Below are positions 57,439 through 64,000 of a DNA stretch of 64,000 bases, one piece after another (positions within the stretch are counted from its first letter, which is position 1; the number at the start of each line of letters is the position of its first letter). This DNA comes from a virus (taxonomy: Duplodnaviria; Caudoviricetes): the IMG/VR virus record IMGVR_UViG_3300021136_000003, positions 1 to 64,000 of that record. One strand, given 5' to 3'. Below the pieces are notes generated by a model. It searched no databases and had not been told where the DNA came from. It worked only from the letters and a program-made list of their open reading frames with translations. Both the position numbers and the translations under genes were made by a program.

Positions 57439-57821
57439 TGTAGTTCTGATAGATCAATGTATTTAATCGAAGTGCCTTTATATGCTGCTGCCAACGCACG
57501 ATGATTGCCGTCGATGATCCTATGCTCAGATATCACAATAACTTTGTCAGCTAATGTTGGATCATTCATGTAGCGTTCAAGAATTTCTTTCTGATCCGGG
57601 GCCATCATGTCAACAATTTCATCAAGGTGCTCGACCCGGTATTGACCAAGCAACATGATTTCTATTTTGTATCGGGGCATCGTATGAATCATCAACGGCG
57701 TGTCAAGATCCATTGTTCCTATCTCATCCCATAGAGATTCATCGCGCCCCGGAAGATCACTGTCGTATAAATCATTCAGCGTTGTTTGCTGACTCTCGGA
57801 TAGAAACTCTGTGGCTCTCAT
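57435..57821 (-). CDS. ParB/Srx-like protein with capsid-targeting-like N-terminus
   Basis: MRATEFLSE; IIDGNHRALAA. Confidence 0.7.
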   Translation of the reverse strand: MRATEFLSESQQTTLNDLYDSDLPGRDESLWDEIGTMDLDTPLMIHTMPRYKIEIMLLGQYRVEHLDEIVDMMAPDQKEILERYMNDPTLADKVIVISEHRIIDGNHRALAAAYKGTSIKYIDLSELQ

Positions 57822-57822
57822 A

Positions 57823-59646
57823 TTAGTCTGCCGGTTGAACGATGAGTTCCCGTCGTTGCTCCGGTGTTAGTCCCATTTGATTTACTATCTCAATCGCTCG
57901 GTCATATGCGCCGGCGTTTACGGCGCCCGGTGGCGCCATAAATGGTTCGCCAATGTGTTCACCGGTATTACGATTAACAAGCGCCCACGGGACCATACCA
58001 GGCGTAGTGCCGGGTTGAGTTGTTTCAGGTTCCCAATCTTGATTAGGAGTCAGATAACCGGAGCGTGTTCTGATGCTAGCAGCCGGCGCTGCTACTTCGG
58101 GGCCCTGTTTCTTAATATTTCTTTGTAGCTGTACCTGCTTGATGAAGCTTTTTAGGGCGGCTGCTGGCATATCACCGGCGACATACTTGGCGAAGATACC
58201 AATCGGATCGCCTTCACCCTTTGGGGCCAGGATCTTGTACAGCTTCTTCAGATATTCTTTGCGATACTTCTGTGGATCACTTGCGGCGTCAAGCGCAACT
58301 ACAGTTCTCAACAACGTATTTTCAATCTTGTCGAAGTTATCATCTAACCAATCGCCGCCGGGCGATCTGAACTCAATGTAGTCACCTTTGTTGTTGATGC
58401 TGATGTATTTGTCTGTGTTGCCACTGTGAATTGCTTTTGACGCAAACTTGTCAAGACCTGAACGCATCTTTTCCAGAACTGCTTTGGCATCTGCATCACG
58501 TGTCATTGCGTATTGCTTTACTTTGGCCAGTGCTGACTTACAGAATGTGTTTGCTTCACGCCCGAATTGTTCAAGTATGTAATCATCTCCGAGCAACAGA
58601 GCAAGTTTAACATAGTCTCTGTCGGCACCTTGAGGCACGCTGACATTGATGTGAAGACCGGTTGATTCGTTTGTGTAGCAACCGGTCTCATCTGCCCATG
58701 CTTTAACTTTCTTCAGATCAGCGATGATATCAGGGATAGACATCGGCGGACTGATGAATTCCAGACCACCATCTTCAGGTTCATTCGGTGAGTCAAGACT
58801 TCCGTCCGGTTCAAGTGAGTATGCAGTTGGAGAACGACCGGCACGATGATATCCACCGGTTATGACTTTCTTACCCATTGCTTTGCTGAACATCTCACCG
58901 ACTGAATCCATGTCAAGCTCACCGGCTTCAGGCGCGGTGCGATACGGCCATGTAATAGTGTAGTTATTTTCCACATCACTCATGCGACGGAGGTTGTTAT
59001 CACGTAGGAAGTCACGTTGATCAGGACATTCCCAATCATTTTCCCATTCTTCACGGGCCTTGTCATATAACCTGCCTTGAGAGTCCCATTCTTCTTCTAC
59101 TTTTTCATCAAATGCTTCTTCAGCAACGGTAACGGCTCGGACCCAGTTATGATACGCCGGCGTATCAGGTAACTCTTTACTTGTCTGTATGCCTTTTGCA
59201 GAGTCTCCACCGTCTTTGGCTTCGTCTTTTTCTTCTGCGGTGAATCCAAGATCATTCATTGCTTGATCGATTGCTTCGTCGGCGTCCCAATCATTTTCTT
59301 CCATGTATGTTTTCAGCAGTTCTTTACCTTCTTGGTGCCACTGTTCAGATTGTTGCTCCATGCCCCATTCAGAGTAAGCATCTTCAAGTTCGTCACGCAG
59401 CATTGCTAAATCTCTACGATCATTGTAGCCATCGCCGCCGTTAAAGAAGCGGATGATATAGTCTATATCATTGGCCTGCTCATCCATACTATAGTCAGGC
59501 ACAGATTCGTAGTCATTGTCTGGCCCACCTGCGTTCGGGACATACATCTCAAACTCCATGCCTGCCATGGCGTTGATCTTCTCGGCGTCCCTTCTCAGGG
59601 AGTTCGGATTCATTGCTATTTCGTTTAAAAACTCTAATGCTCTCAT
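57823..59646 (-). CDS. Putative amidoligase (COOH-NH2 ligase) family protein
   Basis: MRALEFLNE; GMEFE, DGSL, LEFISP, TGLHINVS, KY..IN, IEFR. Confidence 0.75.
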   Translation of the reverse strand: MRALEFLNEIAMNPNSLRRDAEKINAMAGMEFEMYVPNAGGPDNDYESVPDYSMDEQANDIDYIIRFFNGGDGYNDRRDLAMLRDELEDAYSEWGMEQQSEQWHQEGKELLKTYMEENDWDADEAIDQAMNDLGFTAEEKDEAKDGGDSAKGIQTSKELPDTPAYHNWVRAVTVAEEAFDEKVEEEWDSQGRLYDKAREEWENDWECPDQRDFLRDNNLRRMSDVENNYTITWPYRTAPEAGELDMDSVGEMFSKAMGKKVITGGYHRAGRSPTAYSLEPDGSLDSPNEPEDGGLEFISPPMSIPDIIADLKKVKAWADETGCYTNESTGLHINVSVPQGADRDYVKLALLLGDDYILEQFGREANTFCKSALAKVKQYAMTRDADAKAVLEKMRSGLDKFASKAIHSGNTDKYISINNKGDYIEFRSPGGDWLDDNFDKIENTLLRTVVALDAASDPQKYRKEYLKKLYKILAPKGEGDPIGIFAKYVAGDMPAAALKSFIKQVQLQRNIKKQGPEVAAPAASIRTRSGYLTPNQDWEPETTQPGTTPGMVPWALVNRNTGEHIGEPFMAPPGAVNAGAYDRAIEIVNQMGLTPEQRRELIVQPAD

Positions 59647-59650
59647 ACGA

Positions 59651-61753
59651 TTATTTAGTCAGTGGTTTATTTGTCCCAGCTAACCTGCTAATCGCACGTT
59701 TCATACCAGAATTACGATCTTTCTTACCTGTGAGTGTATCAGTCATTGCTTTGCCAAGATAACTCTTTACTGCGGGATCACTGATTTCATCCATCTCTTG
59801 ATTGAACTTGCCTTCGAAGTCCTCCTGTTCATCTGGGCCAGGTGCTTCTGGTGTTGAAGGGACAAGACTATCATAGTCTTTCATTGTCAGAGTTCTGCCA
59901 CGTTGGCAACCTGCTACTAGCTTTTCAGCAAGATCATGTAGAGCCATATCGTCAGCCGCATCTTCCTTGGCAAACTCAAGCAGTCTGATCAGCAATGGAA
60001 CGTCAAGCTTCACCACATCAGCGGGGTTCATCGCCTGCTCTGGTTTAGATAGCAGTCCTGATTTAGGGCGACGACGGTCAGCAGATAGAACTACATCATC
60101 TTCTGTGATTTCACCTTCAGCAACGTTAGATGCTCCGGTTGCCGCCGGGTGCAGGTTATTAATGATACGTTTAAGGCCGGCTATTTCTTTCATCAGTTTG
60201 GCAATCTCTGCGTCGTGGCGCTTATCGTTCTTTTCAGTAATGTCTAGTCCTCGCTGCATCCACTTGTTCATGGCTTCATCAGGGCTTAGAGTAGCACCGT
60301 AGTGTCGCTGCGCCCACTCAGATTTGCGTCTTAATTCCGGGTCATTAGATTGTGCCACAGAAGGATTAGCACTAACATCTACGTGCTTGTTCTTATCAGG
60401 GCCCACCATGTTTATCGGGCCAGACTTCTTACCTGCTTGAGGTTGTGCTGCAACAGCCTGTCCTGCTGGTAGTGTATTTGCTTCCGCCACACCTTGCCTA
60501 GATTTAACGTGTCTATATCCAGTTTTATAATCTTCTGCATCCTGTTCGCTGTTGTGGATATTGTTATATGACTTTTTTCTGTGGGCATCTAATCTGCCTT
60601 GCTCATATGGGGTCGGGGTGCTACCAGAATGTTTTGTTTTGCGTGGTGCTGAATGGTCGTTAAATTTTGGAGATGTAGGATCCTTGTTCAACAAATCAGA
60701 TATGGAGCCTTCCGCCACACCTTGCTCTTTGTCGGCTGCGCCAGTATCTTTAGTAGTATGTCTCGTAGAGAAATACTTTTCAGTTTTTCCTAACTGTTTT
60801 GGTTTAGCATTTTGTTTTTGCCATTCTTTTTTATCGTCTGCTTCCGCCACACCTTGCTGACCTTTAATGCCAACATAGGCTTTAATAGTAGAGATCCCTA
60901 ATGCTTTTGCTACATTGGCTCTGTGATAGCCATCTAATATATTACCATCACTACCAACTACTATAGGGGGAGCCTTGCTAAAGTCCATCTTTTTGTATTG
61001 CTCTACTTTTGTTCTATCTAATCCTGACAATTCAGTTCTGATGGAATTTAGTGGGATATTTTTTAGCACAAACTTGCTGTTCGTATTAGTAAGATGATTT
61101 AGATAATCGGGGTGTAGATTCTCATCGTGGTGCTGTCTTAGATACGCAATCATATCTTCTGTAGACATATCATTAGAGAAGCCTTCCGCCACCTTCTTAT
61201 TCTTGTTATCAAGCATACCACGCTTGTTGGCGGTTGCCCAGGCGATATTTTCTGCTTCTTTCGAGGACTTGCCAAGTTTCTTCTCGCTTGATTTGACATG
61301 ACCGACCATGCGATCTACCTTGGCGCCTTCTTCGACTGACTCATACTGGTATGTACCAAACGCATTAGCATAATTGCGGCCATCTTCTGTGTCGGTATGC
61401 TCCTTATCACCGGTACCGTTGCAAGTTGGGCATATAACTTTAGTGGCACCTTTCTTATTGTCTGGGTATAGTTTGCCACCGAGTTTATACTGCACCTTGC
61501 GACCATGACAAGCAGTGCAGTTTGTATTCTGGTGTTTGATAGTTTGACCGGGCATGTGATCTACATCATGCGGGAAACCCTCGCCTTCGTGTAGGCTGTT
61601 AGCATACTTCGCTGAAGTTTTGATACCTTTGAGTAGATTGCTACCTTTAAGTTTCTTCTCCGGAGTGCGCTTTTGAACGGTTTCAAATGGTTGAGCGAAT
61701 GTTGCTACAGCGCCTGCAGTTGTTGAACATTCTTCGAGGTGTTTGATTTGCAT
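59651..61753 (-). CDS. Modular polyprotein with repeated (G)VAE linkers; includes CxxC zinc finger and ParB/Srx-like module
   Basis: KKVAE, QQGVAE, EQGVAE, RQGVAE, SNVAE; CTAC/CPTC; ILDGYHR. Confidence 0.75.
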   Translation of the reverse strand: MQIKHLEECSTTAGAVATFAQPFETVQKRTPEKKLKGSNLLKGIKTSAKYANSLHEGEGFPHDVDHMPGQTIKHQNTNCTACHGRKVQYKLGGKLYPDNKKGATKVICPTCNGTGDKEHTDTEDGRNYANAFGTYQYESVEEGAKVDRMVGHVKSSEKKLGKSSKEAENIAWATANKRGMLDNKNKKVAEGFSNDMSTEDMIAYLRQHHDENLHPDYLNHLTNTNSKFVLKNIPLNSIRTELSGLDRTKVEQYKKMDFSKAPPIVVGSDGNILDGYHRANVAKALGISTIKAYVGIKGQQGVAEADDKKEWQKQNAKPKQLGKTEKYFSTRHTTKDTGAADKEQGVAEGSISDLLNKDPTSPKFNDHSAPRKTKHSGSTPTPYEQGRLDAHRKKSYNNIHNSEQDAEDYKTGYRHVKSRQGVAEANTLPAGQAVAAQPQAGKKSGPINMVGPDKNKHVDVSANPSVAQSNDPELRRKSEWAQRHYGATLSPDEAMNKWMQRGLDITEKNDKRHDAEIAKLMKEIAGLKRIINNLHPAATGASNVAEGEITEDDVVLSADRRRPKSGLLSKPEQAMNPADVVKLDVPLLIRLLEFAKEDAADDMALHDLAEKLVAGCQRGRTLTMKDYDSLVPSTPEAPGPDEQEDFEGKFNQEMDEISDPAVKSYLGKAMTDTLTGKKDRNSGMKRAISRLAGTNKPLTK
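60481..61193 (-). repeat. 17-bp direct repeat GCAAGGTGTGGCGGAAG (3 exact copies plus 1 partial)
   Basis: Plus-strand CTTCCGCCACACCTTGC at 60481, 60709, 60841; partial at 61183. Confidence 0.9.
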
Positions 61754-61830
61754 AGTATATTTCCACTTATATACTATTTATCAAAATTGGTTTAAAGAGA
61801 GTTTATTTTCGAAGCAAGGGCGGATTATGG

Positions 61831-62502
61831 TTATGCTATCGTCCAGCCTTTGTGTATTCGTCTTTTATTACGGACAACTGAATTTAAATTTGGCTGACAT
61901 AGATCATATTTCCTAATTAGGTCGTATTGAGTTAACGTTTCTATAATCCCTGTAGTGTGGATGAAGGTGTAAATTGTATGATCGTATTTGTAACTATTTT
62001 TGCCACTCAACTTTTCTTTAACTTCGGGTCTATTTTGTACTTCTTTTTGAAGTACGCTATTCCGAGTGCGATAATCTATGGATTGGTGGGCATCTATTTG
62101 CTTTTTAATATATTCTTTATTTTTCCATAACATTTTGTGGGAATCTGAATTTTTAAGTTTTGTAGCCGGCCTATTTTGAATTTCAGTGGCTAGCGCCGAA
62201 GTCATACCTTCGCCCCCGCCGTTTTCTTTAATCCGGTTAGCCCATATTTTATTGCCGAAATCATCCTGGCCGGTTACTACCCTCCATAGGCTACTATAAT
62301 ACATTCCCCAATAGTACAGTTCCTGTCTGCTCTGACAGGCAATAATAATTTCAGTTGAATGTTCTTTTCCGTGACGCATGAGATGGATCAACCAATCTTT
62401 ACCGGATCCGAGATATTTGTGTGGGTCTTTGCGTTTTGTCTGACAAAGATATTTTAAACCGGTAATATTATGGGTCTTAACCATAAGATAATAAATAGTC
62501 AT
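61831..62502 (-). CDS. GIY-YIG homing endonuclease (Seg-like) with C-terminal HTH
   Basis: IYYLMVKTH..TGLKYL, YLGSG..W, WAN...E.GGG, HKGW. Confidence 0.85.
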   Translation of the reverse strand: MTIYYLMVKTHNITGLKYLCQTKRKDPHKYLGSGKDWLIHLMRHGKEHSTEIIIACQSRQELYYWGMYYSSLWRVVTGQDDFGNKIWANRIKENGGGEGMTSALATEIQNRPATKLKNSDSHKMLWKNKEYIKKQIDAHQSIDYRTRNSVLQKEVQNRPEVKEKLSGKNSYKYDHTIYTFIHTTGIIETLTQYDLIRKYDLCQPNLNSVVRNKRRIHKGWTIA

Positions 62503-62568
62503 GCTGATTGCTCCTTGGGCATTAGAGTAGTTGGGAATTCCACTTCCGCGAACTACACTACTATTTAT
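62491..62568 (-). promoter_or_regulatory. Conserved structured leader of GIY-YIG gene (copy 4 of 4)
   Basis: GTAGTT/AACTAC stem, CGC bulge, GGAA/TTCC stem, TCTAA, AGGAGCAATCAGCATG. Confidence 0.8.
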
Positions 62569-63824
62569 CTTTTTGTTTTGCCATCGGCCCGGGCAAACTG
62601 AGGAATTCCTGATCTTTTTATTCCACCTAACCCTAATTTTTTAGCATTTACTTGGATCGTATCCGGCTTGATATCTACAGTTAACGCTGTTTTGTATCTT
62701 GGATCATTCTTTTGAGCGTTGCTTGGGATGTAACCTGATGCTGATTCAAACATCGCGTCTACATCTTTTGATGCGACACTTATATTACTGACTGGGACCG
62801 GAGAAGTAATCACAACTTCATATTCTGCACCAGGAGTATATTTACCTTGTAGTCCTGTCGAATCTATAGCCAGTAGTGCCAGAGTTTCATTCTCATCGAA
62901 CTGATCACCTAACCAATTCATCAGCGCATCTTCGACTGATACCTTATCGGGGAAACAGAATATACCAGATTGTTCGTTGTATATTTGTGCTGATCTACTT
63001 CCTACTTTCGGTATCAACCCTTTACTCATTATGCCAGGCAGATTCTTCGCCGGAGTCACATGATACAATACTTTAGGAAGAGTAGACGTTGATTCTTCCA
63101 ATTGAGAATACTGTCCCTCGATACTCAATCTTCTGGAATGAAGTTTATCTCGCAGAGCATACAGCTTAGTGATCTGGCCAGTTGTTCGTATTGCTTTGTA
63201 TGCAAGATTCTCTGGTCCGAACTCGCCGCCTTGGTCAAGCCCTGCTTGTCTGTAGCGATGTATTGTTTTGATCAGATGATTTATCTTATTCAGGTCAGAT
63301 GTTTTCAACGCTCTGTCTATCAACTTCGACAGTTTTTCATACTTCGCAGCCGTTGCTGTTTGATCGAAGTTTGCTCTACGCTTACTTGGGATTCTGATCC
63401 ACTCATCACGCAGAATACTATACTCACCGACGCTTGTAACCTGATGATTTGAATCCTGAATGTACAACTCAACTGGAATGTGTCTGATTGTTATGTCGTG
63501 TGTGTCGTTATAGATTGTCTTTTTCGCATCAAACAACTCCAGATACATTGCGTCATTATTTAACTTCGACATATCCACAAGTAGATGTAAATCTAGATCA
63601 GAGTGTTTCGTATAACTGTATGCTGCGTTTGAACCGGAGATTGTGATATCAACCACGTTAATATCAGACAGACCCATTTCTTCAATGAAATCTTCAGCGA
63701 TGATTTTCAGTTGCTTTTCAACTTCAGGATGTAGGTGACGACCTCTGAAAAGTTTAGGGTTCAGTTCCGTGTGAAAAGTCACTGCGTCTGCCAGTTTAAA
63801 TGAGTCGAGTTCTTTGAGATCCAT
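62565..63824 (-). CDS. Polyprotein: Pol-beta-type nucleotidyltransferase plus Tpt1/ADP-ribosyltransferase-like domain
   Basis: GSNA.Y.Y...SDLDLH, VELY; LYHVT...NL..I...GL.P; start revised to MDLKEL. Confidence 0.7.
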   Translation of the reverse strand: MDLKELDSFKLADAVTFHTELNPKLFRGRHLHPEVEKQLKIIAEDFIEEMGLSDINVVDITISGSNAAYSYTKHSDLDLHLLVDMSKLNNDAMYLELFDAKKTIYNDTHDITIRHIPVELYIQDSNHQVTSVGEYSILRDEWIRIPSKRRANFDQTATAAKYEKLSKLIDRALKTSDLNKINHLIKTIHRYRQAGLDQGGEFGPENLAYKAIRTTGQITKLYALRDKLHSRRLSIEGQYSQLEESTSTLPKVLYHVTPAKNLPGIMSKGLIPKVGSRSAQIYNEQSGIFCFPDKVSVEDALMNWLGDQFDENETLALLAIDSTGLQGKYTPGAEYEVVITSPVPVSNISVASKDVDAMFESASGYIPSNAQKNDPRYKTALTVDIKPDTIQVNAKKLGLGGIKRSGIPQFARADGKTKR

Positions 63825-63831
63825 CAAGTAT

Positions 63832-64000
63832 TTATCGGATAGATTTACAATGGTCAAAGTGGTGCCTCTTCATAACTACGCACCCGCCGGATTTGCCACA
63901 ATGTGGACAAGTTATCACCTCTTGCTTTCGCCCTCTTAGTTGCGCTGATCGGTTTTCAATAACTTCAGGTCGTTGTTTTCTGCCAGTTACCGTAGCAGTT
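63832..64000 (-). CDS. Partial homing endonuclease (C-terminal end)
   Basis: ITCPHCGKSGG..VMKRHHFDHCK; runs off window end. Confidence 0.75.
   Translation of the reverse strand, partial: TATVTGRKQRPEVIENRSAQLRGRKQEVITCPHCGKSGGCVVMKRHHFDHCKSIR

Noticed and set aside
60481-61193. CRISPR array
   Set aside because: Repeats are 17 bp, in frame inside a gene, with irregular spacing of over 100 nt and no cas genes.
1-64000. Stop-codon reassignment
   Set aside because: Conserved genes are intact in the standard code, and TAA, TGA and TAG all end genes at expected positions.
1-64000. tRNA or rRNA genes
   Set aside because: No cloverleaf with T-loop consensus or rRNA-like stretch was seen by eye; a tRNAscan run would confirm.

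Overview
A 64-kb segment of a large (jumbo-type, T4-like) dsDNA phage genome, probably infecting a proteobacterium (weak Burkholderiales hints), with almost all genes on the minus strand. From start to end it holds: a tandem small-protein paralog family; a sugar-nucleotide cluster; rIIA/rIIB; ClpP/ClpX/ClpS/Hsp20; ATP-dependent DNA ligase; an AT-rich nuclease plus circularly permuted methyltransferase island; RNase H; a 7-deazaguanine DNA-modification cluster (folE, queD, queE, dpdA-like, dpdL-like) interleaved with glycosyltransferases and sugar-nucleotide enzymes; a family B DNA polymerase split in two by an antisense endonuclease gene; and an array of proteins with capsid-targeting-like N-termini and modular polyproteins joined by repeated GVAE linkers. 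About ten free-standing homing-endonuclease genes and two remnants are present. Four share a covarying structured RNA leader, and two sit between an orphaned gene start and a recoded replacement start. Many sigma70 and TAAATA promoters lie so close to the ATG that the mRNAs look leaderless. All calls come from motif reading only; no database searches were run.
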